DNA of 63,124 nt, filler included, from Welwitschia mirabilis (GCA_051453625.1; 5 parts of one record of this genome joined end to end with filler, not necessarily neighbours in it), one strand, 5' to 3'; numbered from the whole stretch's first letter, positions 41,401-54,600 are shown. The notes: generated by a model from the letters alone, not told the origin. Translations and numbers: made by a program.

Positions 41401-43069
41401 TCCTTCCAATACAAGGGGATGTCTTTCAACATTTTTACTAGGGGTAAGGTAACTGAGTTGTCTTCTAAAGCTCTAATAAGGTATTCAACATCCTTTTCTT
41501 CTTTCTTTAAAAAATTTTCTCTTATCTTACTTCTCATTGGAAACAGTAAAGGATCATCCATTCCTCCTTCAATTAAATTATTTTCAACCACGCTTTCATT
41601 TTTCCCAGTTTCTTTTTCTTTTTTAGAAGGTGAAAGGTGGCTTCTACCTGACCTAGTTCTACTAGCTTTACAACCTAATTTTCTTGGATTTGGTTGGAGT
41701 TGTGTAGGTATAGAAGTTATTTAATTTTTTTTCCCTTTATTTAATTGTTGATTGTAAGTAGATTTCTCTTCTCGATTTCTCTAATTCTTAAAATAATCAT
41801 ATCTCTTAGATTACATAAATCTCTGTATTAAAGTTTCTTTCTTACTTTTCCATTTTCTAATTTGGTTAGAATAGGTTTTTTCTTAATTTGAGGAGTATTC
41901 TTAGGATTATAATTAATTCTATTAATTTCTAACCATTTCATAATACCTACCATCCATGGACATTTTGTAGGATGGTGATTTTCCTCATTATAATATTCAT
42001 AGGTTTCTACTTCCTCTTTTTGTTTTAATTTATTAATCTTACTTGTTAGGGCTTCTATTCTTTTATTAGTTTCTTTTAGCATGCTTACATGCTTGGTCTC
42101 TATTTCTTTTTGTACTAGAACTTCATTAATCTTTCTCTTTTATTTTTCCTCATTTTGAGTCCATCCCTGGTTCATTCAGTATTATTTGTCTATACAGGTT
42201 TTAATTTCTTATGTACTACCATTCTTGATGCTTTCCCTATAGAGTATATCTAACTTCTCTAAATAATTACTCCTCAGACCTCTTAAAAAAGCTCTCATTC
42301 ATTCTCTAAGAGTTATCTTTTGGTTTGAACGTCTTATCAATATAATCCAATATGTATTCTTGAATTCATCAAATTTCTCATGTTCTTTCTATTCAACATT
42401 CAAAATTTGATCTCTCAAATCTTTAATGTTCCTTACATGTTAATATTTTTTTAAAAAATTCTGATCTTATAAAGTTTCAAGTTTTAAAAGTATAGTTTGT
42501 GAACCTATGAAACCATAACTGGGCATCTTCCTTTAAGAAAAAAGGAAAATGTCTCAAGAAATCTAAGTTGATTTCTAAGTAGTTAGCCTTATAAAAAGAG
42601 TCAAAAAGACTCAAATAAAGCATAGGTTCTTCATTTTTTCTACCTTCAAAAGTAATAATATTAGTAGTATTTATATTTCTTATCTTATTAGAAGTTTCCA
42701 AAACTATAGGATCTATAGGGTTAGGTGTGTGAAATATATAATAGTCAATACATAAAGGAGTAGAGTCGGTTGCTGCTTTTTCATCCCAATATAACCCTTT
42801 TGGTTCTTGCATTTTTTTCTTTTCTTGTTTGAGTTTTTATCAACAGATCTATCTTAATGTTGTAACTCTATTTGACCTTTCTTAAGTGTTTTCTTATCTT
42901 TTATGAAGTCGTGGGGGTCAATTTTAGTTATTGTTTTATTACTGATTGCTTCATCCAATTTGAATTTTTTAGGGTTCTAGACATGTTATCCCCTTTTATC
43001 CCTCCATCATTCTTGATTATCTTTTCTCAAAAAGTCCTTTATTACTTTAGACAAAAATCTAGAAGTCAT
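38494..43069 (-). mobile_element. Second Asn-primed Athila-like gag-pol (integrase truncated at the scaffold join)
   Basis: RT ORF 39991-40347 KDHFPL...FLDEYSGY...KTTFTC...PFGLCNAPSTFQR...VFMDDF; gag ORF 42477-42812 FEGRKNEEP...FPFFLKEDAQLWF. Collinear with 24800-30038. Confidence 0.9.
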
Positions 43070-43084
43070 CTCCTTCTACTACCA
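43070..43084 (-). promoter_or_regulatory. tRNA-Asn-type PBS (degenerate)
   Basis: CTCCTTCTACTACCA, followed by AAA and the LTR terminus TGAC at 43088. Confidence 0.7.
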
Positions 43085-43087
43085 AAA

Positions 43088-43967
43088 TGACAAGCCTGTA
43101 ATTTAACTAAGAATATTATAAAACATTTAACTAGCTTTAATAAAATACTTAAAAAGAAACCATTACGTTAACAAAATGCTAGAAAAACATGTAGCTAAAT
43201 TACCACATATACACATAGACTTTAATCATTAATAATTTTTATATGGAGTTTACTTTTCTTTTTACTTTTGACTGAAATAAAGAATCTTTTCATTCCATCA
43301 AAGAAATACCCTGTCAAGAAAGGCTCTTCTTGGCAAAAAGAGCATTCTGATAAATAATCTGATTATGAACAATAATTTATAGGGCGTGGAAAAATGAAAT
43401 TAAATGGAACAAAGAAAAACATAGCCTGATCACATCCACCAATTATTCCTAACTGATACACTATCTTAATATTAACTCCAGCCAAAAAACATTAATAGCA
43501 AGAAAATAATAGCATGCAAGTTTTCCAAATTACACACTCAACAACACAAGATTCTTTTCAAAATGACATATCTTATATTACTATCAAGAAAATATAGTAA
43601 TTAGCCATTTATTTTGTTTCCACAATAGGTGCAGTAGCTAGAAAGTCACTTTATAGTTCTCCCAAAATAATCTCTTCACCTTAGACATGCTTTCCAGCTC
43701 TTCTCTAAGACTCCTAAAAGATCCTCTTGCCTTCTCTATAATGCATATTTATAGATGTGGTTGTAGGGATTTTGTTATCCCTTTTTATGCCACCTCTTTA
43801 GTTGTTACAATCGCTTTCCCTTTTTGTAGCACAGCTTCACCTAACTAACCTACATCATAAAGTCAGCTTCTAATAACACATAATATATTATAATAATATT
43901 ACAACATATTGCTAACATTTTAACATATTCTTCATTAATTTTGATAAGAATATAGCATAAATGTACA
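43088..43967 (-). repeat. Probable 5' LTR of the second Asn-primed element
   Basis: Begins TG next to the PBS; the far boundary (TGTACA) is uncertain. Confidence 0.5.
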
Positions 43968-44324
43968 TGTGTTTCTGGGTCATTAGAGACCCAAGCTATT
44001 TTAAGCTTGATACTAGAGTAGACTTTTGATTCTTAGGCTTGTGATGGTAGCTAGACTTGATTCCTGACTGAGAAGAGCTTACTAGAAATTGACAAGTTTG
44101 CTTCCTTTCGATGGCTAAATGATTCACCCACTTTGTCTTTCTCAAGCATTGGGGATGAATTTATATTAAGAGGAAGTGGTTTAGGAGTTGAGAAAAAGAT
44201 GGGATGTGTGAGGATTTGTTGGGATTGAACTCTAGAAAAAGTAGGGATATGTGGACCACACTGAGATCATGTAAGAAGTCAATTTGGACTTTTCTTCATC
44301 TTTTTGTAATTGCCTATGAAATTG

Positions 44325-44657
44325 TTTTGCAGACAGTTTTCTGAAGATGAGATTTTGTAAACTAGGTTTGTATGTAGACATTCATAGATAGAGTGTTAAA
44401 AATGGATTTTTACAGATAGAATGCTGAAGACTGACTTTTGTAGACAGAACGTTGAAGATAGACTTTTGTAGATAGAACACTGAAGAGATACTTTGTAGAT
44501 AGAATGCTGAAGACAGACTTTTGCAGATAGTATGCTAAAGGCAAACTTTTGTAGACAGAATGCTGAATACTGAGTTTTGCAAGCAAAATGCTAAAGATAA
44601 AGTTTTACAGATGAAATGCTAAAAACAGAGTTTTGTAGACATATTTTGAAGGCCTGC
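44325..44657. repeat. 28-bp tandem repeat (about 9 clear units 44408-44657 plus degenerate upstream units) in an Athila leader
   Basis: Consensus TTTTGTAGACAGAATGCTGAAGACAGAC, head-to-tail with no spacers. Confidence 0.9.
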
Positions 44658-44978
44658 TTATTTTATGATCTAAACTTTATTTATGAATTTGGGGAATTTT
44701 TGCTCAATTTAATTTAGTTCTTGATGGGTTTTATCACATCTATTATCTCTACAACTAGGAGCGGTAAAAATGAATAGAATACACCTCAATAAAAGTGAAG
44801 TCCCACATAATATCTCTAAGGTAAATGTTCATAGGATCATGCTTTTATGTTTGGAATTCTCTTAATTCCTACAAAACACATGAAATATTTTTTTTAATTT
44901 TGCTAAAAAGATATTTGGAAAAAGAACAATTTTCACAATGAAAATGATTATTGACAATTTAAGAAACATCAATTGTAA

Positions 44979-46330
44979 TCCCTAATAATGTTACAATAAA
45001 CTTGCTACACCTTGATTTTTGTTATGATTTGTAATATTGGAAAATGTGCCCTAGTTATCAAGGTGTAATAGTTTTAAACAAATAAACTAGAACATATAGT
45101 TAATCCTAATTAGCATTCTCTCTCAAGGATTGCAAAGGTATTTCAAAGCTTACAAGGTTCAAATAAAGGTTTCAATTAAGGATTTGAGTAGAAAGGGTTT
45201 TAAAAGGGATTTGAAAGGTAGATTACTAGATTAAATTAAGAAAAAAATATCTTCGTGAAGATTAGGCATGACTATTCATAAGCAAATTTATCAAGTAAAC
45301 CCTAATCAAGTTAAAAAAAATATATATTACACAAACTACAACATGGATTCATAGACAATAATATTATAAATGTTACATCTCGAAATGAAATTTAGGAAAC
45401 ACTAAGATATCATAAAAAATAGCATAAACTAATAAATCAATCATCTAAAACTGAATAAATTATAAAGGAATAGATCTAAGAAATAAATATGAAAGAACAC
45501 TTAGAATCAACTAGTGCATAACCAATAATTATAATTGAATCAATAATGGAAGAATAAAGGAAGTCTAATTAAAAATCAAATTTCATTAACCAATTATGCC
45601 AACACTGCAAAGAATACAAAATTAACATAGATCAAGTACTAGGGATTAATAAGATTGATGCTTTGTGAATCAAATCATTTACTTATATATATTGAGTAAG
45701 AAGAAAGGCTTAGAATCTTATGATGAGAGAAGACCTCACACAGCCATAGAAATTCTAGATTTGAAATGGCAAAGTTCTAATGGATGGATGAATATTAAGT
45801 TGTGATAATGTTCCCTAAGGTAGATAATGGATGATTTCTAATGATGAAAGATGAAGTATGTTTTATCCTAAGGTATCTTATTCTTATATAACCCTCCTTA
45901 GGATTGTAGATATTTATTGGTACATCCTTATTATTAATAAAGGGATAGTGAAAGATCTCCTTCGGTACCAGAACATTGATGTGTAGTTCTCAATCTTCAT
46001 AAACTAGTTTAAAACTAGGCTGTAAGGTTAATCTATTGACATATCTTCTATTTAATCTTTCGTTCTTTATAGAACTCATTATGCTCCAAAACATTGGTGG
46101 CATGGGCAGATATAACAACTACACTAGTCCCTTCTGCTCGATCAGCTCCAAGAAAGTTTTAGTGGCTCAAGATTGTTTGTAAATAAAACACTAAAAGCCA
46201 ATCCTTCTTAATAAAAATTTGGAATTTAAATAATGAAACATGGTTAACAATAATTTGACTATAAATATGGTAAAATATATTAATTTAGTAAAGTTTAGAA
46301 TCTAAATATGTAAAATTTCAGGTGAAAACA
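44979..46330 (-). mobile_element. Athila-like 5' LTR (45003-46330) with decayed Asp PBS (44979-44996)
   Basis: TCCCTAATAATGTTACAA-TAAACT-TG; the LTR ends AAATTTCAGGTGAAAACA. The leader continues leftward to ~43976. Confidence 0.6.
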
Positions 46331-47879
46331 TTGCTCAAGTAACATCTTGATTTCATTTAACTTTAAATTTTACTTTAGTCCTATATTTTCTTGATAATAA
46401 ATGTAATGTGATATTAGAGCATACATATTGCACTTAATAACATGATATCAAAGAATATCTATTGGATTTCTAATGTGATGTTAGATTTTGATCTTGCAAA
46501 AATAAGCTTTGAAACAAAATCCTAAAATATAGTTTAAAAAACTAACAATGTTAAGAAATAAATAATTGTTTTTCTATTAAAATAAATTATTAATTAAAAT
46601 AATTGTTGAAATAAGTTGTTAAGAGACCATTGTGCCTATTAGAACCATCACAATGGAATTTTTAAAAAGAATCTTCCTCTTGTTTCAAGTAGTATGTAAA
46701 GAAGTTTCAAAAAGCTCTACCTATTATCAAATATTTTCTTGTAATAAATCTTAAAACAAAGCTTCACAAATTAAAAGATCAATGTTAAATGTCACACCAA
46801 TAAGCTTTACCACTATATGGTGTCTTCCAAACATCAAATATAGGAACTTAATAAGGTTCATTAGAACAAAGAGAATCAAAGTCAAAAATTAGGTAAACAA
46901 AAGTTCCAATCAAACAATGCTAAGTTTTATGTTGATCCTATATCAAGTGCTTTAAGGAAGCTCCACTAAAGAACCAAGACTTTAAGTAGAGGTAATATTA
47001 ATCCCAAGGATGAATCCCCAGCACTTACAAAGCTTTTTCCATGGGAAGTTGGTTCTTAAATCCATTCCAAAATCTTAAGATTGTACTTGATGTTATTTAC
47101 CATTTCTTGACTAAGTTAATGATTATAATTGTAAAGTTACATTTACTAAAATTATTTTCATATTGAGATGGAAGTAAACAGTAAAATATTGCCAATACTT
47201 GTAAAGAATCATTATGATGTCATGTTTCCTTGAGACAAATGGAATCTTTATAGTTTTATAGTTGAAGTCCTTTTTCGTTAAACAAAGGCTATAAAGGTAT
47301 TGTTAATAGACCGCAAGGTTGGGTTGCAATACAGATTTTTAACAGATGTGAAGATTCCAACTAAAAGCGGAAATTTGTATCTTATGATAGAAAACAAGAG
47401 GTTAGAAAGGTATTTTGCTTTTTGGTTCCACTATCGAAGTTCTACAAAGGATGAAGTCTTCCTAGTAAAATCCCAAATAGCAAAACACGCATACAATTAT
47501 ACATAATAACTTTGAATAAATCAAAATAAAATAGAAAATTAGGGGTCTATTACTCTTGGAATTAGATTTTATGCCATTTTACCTTGGCATGACAATTTTA
47601 GTTAGTGAGTGAGGTTATAGTTTGAGAACGGTTAAATATAAAATTTAAAAAATTTATGCGAAATATACCATCAATAAAATTTGTCTCCTCTCAATGTTCA
47701 CTAAAGAAGCGTAGCGGCATGCAGATAGAAAAGAAAGACCACCTCGAGACAATCTTTGATGGCCGGGGACGCCACTCCAAGGAGGAGCTACAGTTAAGCG
47801 GAGAATAAAGCAAGTAAACAATTTATCAAAAGGGTGCGCTTAGCATTCTCATGGTGTTTTAAGGAATTACGCCATAGCA

Positions 47880-48178
47880 TCGTCTCGAGTCCTGGTATTC
47901 TAGAAGACTTTATCCCATTATTCGTTCCACGCTCAAATATACGACGCGCCGAGTCGGTGGAGATCTGCCGTGGCGTCGTAGGTTTTTGACGGAGCCTCGC
48001 AAATGCGTAGAAACTTCATTAACGCGGTTTAGAAACAAAGAGGAGGTAACTATCTGCAGTTTTCCTCCTAATATACGCACCATAAATACATGACACCCTG
48101 CTGCCTCAATTCATTAACTCAAAATCCATTGCACGGTTTCCGATTTCCAACCAAGAAAGGCGACGATAACCAGAGAAT
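47880..48178 (+). promoter_or_regulatory. CpG-rich proximal promoter and 5' UTR with two CGCG (CAMTA-type) boxes
   Basis: ACGCGC at 47944-47949 and ACGCGG at 48022-48027; TATA-like CATAAATA near 48081. CpG is retained, unlike in the flanking TEs. Confidence 0.45.
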
Positions 48179-48847
48179 ATGAAAAGCGGAGGACCAGGAG
48201 TGGCGCAGCCCGCCTACAACGGCGCGTACTACGTGCCGACGCATGTCAATCCTTTGCCTCCGCCGCGAGCACGGCGCGAGTACAGTTGCTTCTGCAGAGT
48301 GCTCATGTTTTTAGGGTTTCTGATTGTACTGGCTGGAATTGCTGTTCTGATATTCTGGTTGGTAGTTAAGCCCCACGCTCCCAAGGTCTACGCCGTCGAC
48401 GGCTCGGCGTCTCTTTCTAATCACAGTGCGTCTGATGTTGGCGTGAGGATTAAGCTGCGGATGAGCTTCAGAAACCCTAGCAAACGCATGGGGTACCAGT
48501 ACGACTGGTTCTTTGGCAACGCTTACTACGAGGAATTTCGGACGGCTGGATTGAATACCCTCGATGGTTTCTACCAGTCGCACAAGAACACCACCACCGT
48601 CGATTTCGTATTCGACTCGGATGAGATTTCGTTTTCTTCAAGGGAGAAGACTCTGCTTTCGTCTGCTTCTTCCAAGGGTTTTCTTTCTCCCGTGGACGTT
48701 TATATTCGGTCGCGCATAAGGATGAAGGTCGCAGGCATCAAAGGCAGACGGATTACTCTGAAAGTCTTGTGCGATTCTCTCTCAATTCCCTTTAACTCTT
48801 CGTCTTCTTTCACTTCCAAGAGGTGCGATGTGGACTTGGACAGATGA
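48179..48847 (+). CDS. NDR1/HIN1-like (NHL, LEA_2 domain) membrane protein, single exon, 222 aa
   Basis: Intact ATG-TGA ORF. N-terminal YNGAYY and Pro-rich segment, Cys cluster plus TM helix ending LIFWLVVKPHAPK, RNPSKRMGYQYD (NPNxxxGIYYD motif), FYQSHKNTT, and C-terminal LKVLC...RCDVD. AATAAA at 49000-49005. Confidence 0.95.
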   Translation: MKSGGPGVAQPAYNGAYYVPTHVNPLPPPRARREYSCFCRVLMFLGFLIVLAGIAVLIFWLVVKPHAPKVYAVDGSASLSNHSASDVGVRIKLRMSFRNPSKRMGYQYDWFFGNAYYEEFRTAGLNTLDGFYQSHKNTTTVDFVFDSDEISFSSREKTLLSSASSKGFLSPVDVYIRSRIRMKVAGIKGRRITLKVLCDSLSIPFNSSSSFTSKRCDVDLDR

Positions 48848-49651
48848 TTCATCTGCAATCTCACTCTCGATTCCCCCTTCTCCTTCTCCCTTGGATGTAT
48901 TTCTATTGAGCCCTGTGGCGTGGTTTTGTGAATAGCTTCCATGCTATTCGTTATTTCTTTCTTTTTTTTCCTTGTTTATTATTTGTATTTAGTTTGGTGA
49001 ATAAAGATGTTTTCCGTGTAAAGGTCGAACTTCATTACTGAATCAGAGGAAAACGCTTAAAGAAGTCTTTCGAAACCCCTTACAAAGGTTGGGGATTTCA
49101 AAGTTTGAGAAGTTTTCAGAGTCTCTGACCACATCCTCTGATTTGAACGGGTCTGACATGGTTTATCCACGTTTTGCTTATCCAAATTTTTCTGACGTAA
49201 TATGAGCTTTTCGAGAATCAACAACGTTATGGATTAAGTATGCTGAAATTCATTGGGTACAGTACAGTTCACATTCAGTGATACTCTCGTGGACTCCCTG
49301 TGCTGTGTTCACACTAATGGACGTGGAAAGTAGGGGACACTTCTTTAAGTATTGACACGTGCCTCGCTTTCTTTTTTCAATTCAAAGGGGACATAAACGT
49401 GGGGAAGTGAAAGGAGTAATGTGCTTGGAAACTCGATTACAGTAGTAGTAGAGTTATAGAAGAACTTAAAACCTTCAAATTCTCATAAATGACTTTTAAG
49501 TATTTCCCTTTTAATAATTTTTTTAAGTTTATTCGTATGGTAAATGTATGAGAATTTTTCTAACTTTTTCGATAGTTACATCTCAATATATTATTGTAGA
49601 ATACATTTAAGAGGTTAAAAAGAATCAAGCGAAAGGATTCTTGAATACTAA

Positions 49652-49778
49652 AGAGCCGTGAGCGATCGTGAAGTACATCAATTGTACATTCCTTTTGATT
49701 AAGCCTAGGAAAGAGTAAAGATCCATGAGCCGCCCAACTACATCAATTGTACATTCACTTTTGGTTAAGCCTAGGAAA
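49652..49778. repeat. Short ~65-bp tandem duplication
   Basis: TACATCAATTGTACATTC...TTAAGCCTAGGAAA occurs at 49674-49712 and 49739-49778. Confidence 0.8.
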
Positions 49779-49799
49779 TTGATTTATTATTCAATTTCT

Positions 49800-50431
49800 T
49801 CATCATTGAGTTAGACACTTTCATAGAAATTCTTCTTTTCATGCCTTGAAAGAAGATGAAACAAGTGATTGTAACAAACACATAGATAAAGTAGTTAGGT
49901 GTGAATATAGTTGTCATAGCATAAGTTTTGTGTTATTATGGGTTTTCATTTTGCATGTAGTTTTATAGTAAAGTGGTTATTTGAACCTTACTCCATTTTT
50001 ATGATCTTTAGATTTAAGTAACACTTTTTTTATCACTTGTTCAATCATTCTCATATTCCTACTTTGTTTCTACTTTCTAATGAGCTAATTTAGGGTATCT
50101 TACACACTTGTTGGTAGCTCAAAGCCATCAATCATCCTCATGGCCATAATATCACATGTATACTTTATGTCTTTTCTTTCTCATAGCCTTATGCATGTAG
50201 CTTTAGTCATCACACAAGTCTCATTGATGTGTTGATCTCCAAGTTCACTAACTTCATTAGTATGATATATCCTGAGGATCTTTTTCTTCTTGGACTTTCA
50301 ATAGGAGTTTTGTCCCACATGTTAAGAATCTCTATGATATTTTTCTTTAGTTAGATTGCTTCTTGATTCCTTTTTGTCTTGTGAACTATTTGTGGTGACA
50401 TATAGTTACATTTGTATCTGTCATTAATGTA
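49800..50431 (-). mobile_element. Very degenerate gypsy RT remnant
   Basis: The reverse complement of ~50277-50320 resembles the PWGAPVLFVKKKD region; weak evidence. Confidence 0.3.
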
Positions 50432-53336
50432 TGGTAATATGCAAAATCGCCCTAGGGACACAAATCTTGTGTGGCCAAACCCATCTTTTACTAATAAAAC
50501 TATGACTTCATTTGTGGTATAGTTCTAGTGTCGTTCTTCCACAGGGATACATGTTGTGAACTATCAATAAAGAAAGCACAATGAAAATAAGTGATTAGAA
50601 ATGTATAAGAGAGCTAGGAATGGGGCATAGCTTCAAGATTAGCATAATGACTTTAAAGATAGCAATGAGTTTTTAATTTAATACATGTAGCTTTACTCTA
50701 GTAGTTCTAGTTAGAGTGATGTTTCTAAGCTACTGTATCCTTCACAACAAGAATATTATAAGCATGAAAAGTAGGATCTCCTAAGATCTATCAAATAAAG
50801 ATTCAGGTATATAAAGTAAAGTAAAAAGGAGAATCACACATGAAATCTTAAGTAAAAACATGCCTTGGTCAATCCCACGCATAACAAGTATGAAGCAATC
50901 ACCACTTGATATCAAAGTAATGCACTAAGAAAAGAACATGTAATATTTTATTATTAGATAAGACACAGCATACAATCCATAAAACGCACTCATGCTAATC
51001 TAAGAAACATCATGCTAGTTTGAAAGCTAGCTGATTCCTAATGAGAGGCATAACTAAAGCTCCAACAATCCCCTTGTACAATAATTTAACAACCTTTCAA
51101 ATGAGGTAACGTAGGATAGTTATAGGCCAAATTAGGATTACAAATTAGAGTTTCTAAGGCCTATTGGGGTTCCTCTGTAGAGTGTCCAAATTGTTATGAG
51201 GCCATTCCTTTGTCATGGGGCCAAACTGAGGGGTTTCTCTTAGAAAATATTCTTCATTTTTTCAAATGACTTTAGAAATGCTTCAAATGGATTGCTTGCA
51301 ACTTAAAGGCTTAGGAACGTAACTATGGACCCATTTTGCACCTAGTGACATCAGCATCGTAGCCAAAGATACTTGACACAACTCTTTCCTCTACCATAAT
51401 ACTCCAGATGATGCCAATATTCTGCAAAGTAGCAAAGTTAAGGCAAATTATTAGTAAAACTAGGTTTCCTTGGCCTTAAGCATAATAAATGCATAAAAGC
51501 ATTAGAATGATCACTTAAGCATGCTAACAAGGCCTAGATTTCTTGATGTAAAAGTCAATTTTTGCATGTTATCATACCCCCTAACCAACCTTTTAATAGT
51601 CCCTTAGCCAAAAAGCATGTCAAAGATTAGTTAACATAGAAAAATTTTTAAAGTAAATCATTCAAGTATTAACAAGAAATGATGAAGGAATTTAGGGGAA
51701 AAAAAGGGGATTAATTTTAACCTAAAATTACACTTAAGCAATGAAAGACAAACTTAAGTGTAAATGCCACTTCCCCAACCAAAGCTAAACTTTGTTCTCA
51801 AATTTTGAAGGATATGAAAAATTGAGTAGAAAAGCAATGAGAAGTGAATGATGCATCTTTTGAGGTAGCTAAAAATGAGATAAACAAGAAAATTGCTGAA
51901 AATGAAATATGCAATGCATTATGAAACTAGAAAATGGGAAATGCAAAGTAATGCAAAAGAAAGGTTTCTAATTAAAATGACTCTTTGAGCATAATAACTC
52001 ATATCTTTTGAATCTAAAATATAAGCTTCACAAATGATCAGAAAATGACTTAAAAAAAGATGAGGAATGAAAGATTGAATGTGCTGGTTTAGGAATGAAG
52101 GAATAGGTGATGAGTCTATATCAAGCAGTTTCTGTGAATTTTTGACACAGGCCTGAGTGTTATAAAAACTGAAAATGAAATGTAAAATACCTCAACCAAA
52201 CGGGGGTCATTTTGTGTAGGTTATGGCAGTGAAGCTGGCTCTCTTAAGAATTATTTTGCAAGCATTCACTTATAGAGACTAGAAACCGAGTTAAAACATT
52301 AGAAGTTATGTGCTAGTTCAGCATGAAAACCAGAATTAAAAAAATAGGGATTCAAAATTGATTTTACATTAAGTCATTACAATACAGGAAAATGTTGTGG
52401 AATGAAAATTACAATTCAGCTATGAAACATTGAAAAAGAGATGCAAGTGAGAAAGTGAAGAGAGAGAGAGGGAGAGATAAAAAGTGGAAAATAGCTCATG
52501 TATCTTGTGTGAGAGGTCATCCTTTCTAGCTTTAGGTCCATTTCCTCTTTATTTTTTGCGATTTATTTTTTCTTGTTGGTAATTTTCTTCATTTTTTCCC
52601 AAATCTTGCCAATCCAAGTTCTTTGTGATTTAAGCACTTTCCCCAAAAAGGTGTCACTAGAAGTGGTGGATGAATGATGATGAGTGGTAGAAGAAAAAGC
52701 AGAAGAAGGTGAAAGAGAGGGAGCATGAGGAGATCTACCACTAGGTTGCTTACCCTTTCTTGTTGTGGTGGACAGAGAATAAGGAGAAGAAAGGGCTTGA
52801 GAAAGAGGAGGAGTTTTTTGAGGAGGCAAGTCTTCTTCTTGAATCCCATAAAGACCCCTTGGAATCTAATCTTCATTTCTATACTTGTTTATTTGGGTAA
52901 TCTTCTTGGGAGCAATGGTTTCTATAAAGCTTCTATCCCAACCCTCAAAATCTAAAGTATGGCTTAAAGCATTGTAGATCAAATTTGAAACTAAGCATGG
53001 AAGAGAAAGATTGCTCTTATGGCCCTTATTGTTCGCTATAGTAGTAAAAAGTCACTTGGGCATACTAAAGGGCTTACTGTCTTGGATTATTGTAATCATA
53101 TCAAGATGACTACTATATGCATCAATCACATGTGATGTAGGTAGAACATTATAGATGATAAATCTAAAAGGTGATAATTAATTCTTGTCAAGGTATTTGC
53201 AAGGTAAGGCTTCTTCCCTACTAGATGCATATTCTACATTAAGTGTAACCAACAAAAGCTAAAGGATTTGGTAAGCAGGAAAGGTAAGTTATCATGATGT
53301 TCGACTCCTAAGAATGCTTCTACATCACTAAGTGAA
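50432..53336 (-). mobile_element. Athila 3' end: 3' LTR (~50432-51574), PPT, 3' UTR and extra (env-like) ORF remnant
   Basis: LTR contains GTCGTTCTTCCACAGGGA and ends GCATGTTATCA, followed by TACCCCCTAACCAACC. Low-complexity Pro/Ser ORF at 52563-52829(-). Confidence 0.65.
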
Positions 53337-54600
53337 TGTGACACCCTCATTTTTGTCACATGCTTGGTCGTGCGAGAGGTCTATGAGATGTGCCTGGATT
53401 AGGTTTAAAGATGAAACTTTGTTTAATAACTAAGAATTAATTAGGAAAATTAGTGTTACTATTGGTTAATTATATGAGATTTATGCAATATGTTAGACAC
53501 CATGAAGATTGTTAAACATTAGTGATGTGGTTATAGCTAAGTATTTGATAACATAGCAATTCTTAATTAATGTAAGGCATCATGATTAATAACTAGTAGC
53601 TAACCTATAATATTGAGAATTTCTTATGTCATGGTTAAATGTATTGTTATCAATAATTGAACTAATTAGTAGTTAATAAATAAATATAATAGACGTTAGA
53701 ATAGATACATCAGTAATGGTTAAGATAATGTATAAAATATGGTAATATATATAAGGTTAAAGGGGCATATATTATGTAATGGTTATATCAATGTTACTTA
53801 ATGACTTATTAGTAAAAAAAGAAAATAAGTTGAAGGTGGCATGCCTTAAATATATGATAAATATTATATGGTAATAATATGAAATGATTAATGAGGTGCA
53901 ATCATTGATGGAGGTAATTTATATAAAGGATAACATGTTATATACATTAATAATAACAATATCTATGTGGCAATTTATTAATATGGCATCATGACAAGTG
54001 GAGGAGAGGTTATTGAGGTGGTTGCATGGAGATTTAGTGATGTGGCATTTTGAATGTTGGATGGAGAGAGATGGCAGTAAGAGGAAATTATTAGCAATGT
54101 TGAATGTTTTGAGATGGCCACATAATAAGGAATGTGGTATTTGAAAGGTGAACGTGTCATGCAGTTTGACAAATGACAATATTATTAAAGCAATTCATCC
54201 CTTAAAATGCCAACCTTTTTAATAGGGCATAAGTTAGATATTATGATGGACGAAATGCTAGTTAGACAACTCGGTTTTGGACAACACACAAAGGAAACAT
54301 TAAAGAAGGAAAGAGGGAGTTTTACTAAGAAAGGAGAAAGAAGGAAGACTTACCCTGCAACTTACATTTGATAAGTTGTGATTTCTCCCTACATTTATTA
54401 TATTCTTTGAATGTGATAATTGATAGTCAAATTTCTTAGTTAATTAGGATAAAGATTCAATAATCAATGAAATTATTAGGAACTATGTCGAAGAATGGTG
54501 ATTATCTTATGTACACATGTAGTGCGTGTTGTTTCATGTCTGACAATGGTATATAAGAAATCTTAATACAAGTTCATGTGGCCTCAGGAAATGGGAACAA
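53337..54600 (+). repeat. Tekay-like LTR fragment
   Basis: Starts TGTGACACCC, a typical chromovirus LTR terminus; right boundary unclear. Confidence 0.5.

Noticed and set aside
44060..44100. CTGA...GAAA as a hammerhead ribozyme (retrozyme)
   Set aside because: There is no CTGANGA core and no closing stem II or stem III pairing.
44325..44657. 28-bp repeats as a CRISPR array
   Set aside because: The units are head-to-tail with no unique spacers, there are no cas genes, and the context is a eukaryotic retrotransposon.
46600..47150. Possible L1 LINE fragment on the minus strand (PWKKLCK...LGI)
   Set aside because: Only one weak motif resemblance, insufficient without a profile search.
48311..48942. 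Antisense ORFs 48311-48583 and 48700-48942
   Set aside because: Shadow frames of the GC-rich NHL coding sequence.
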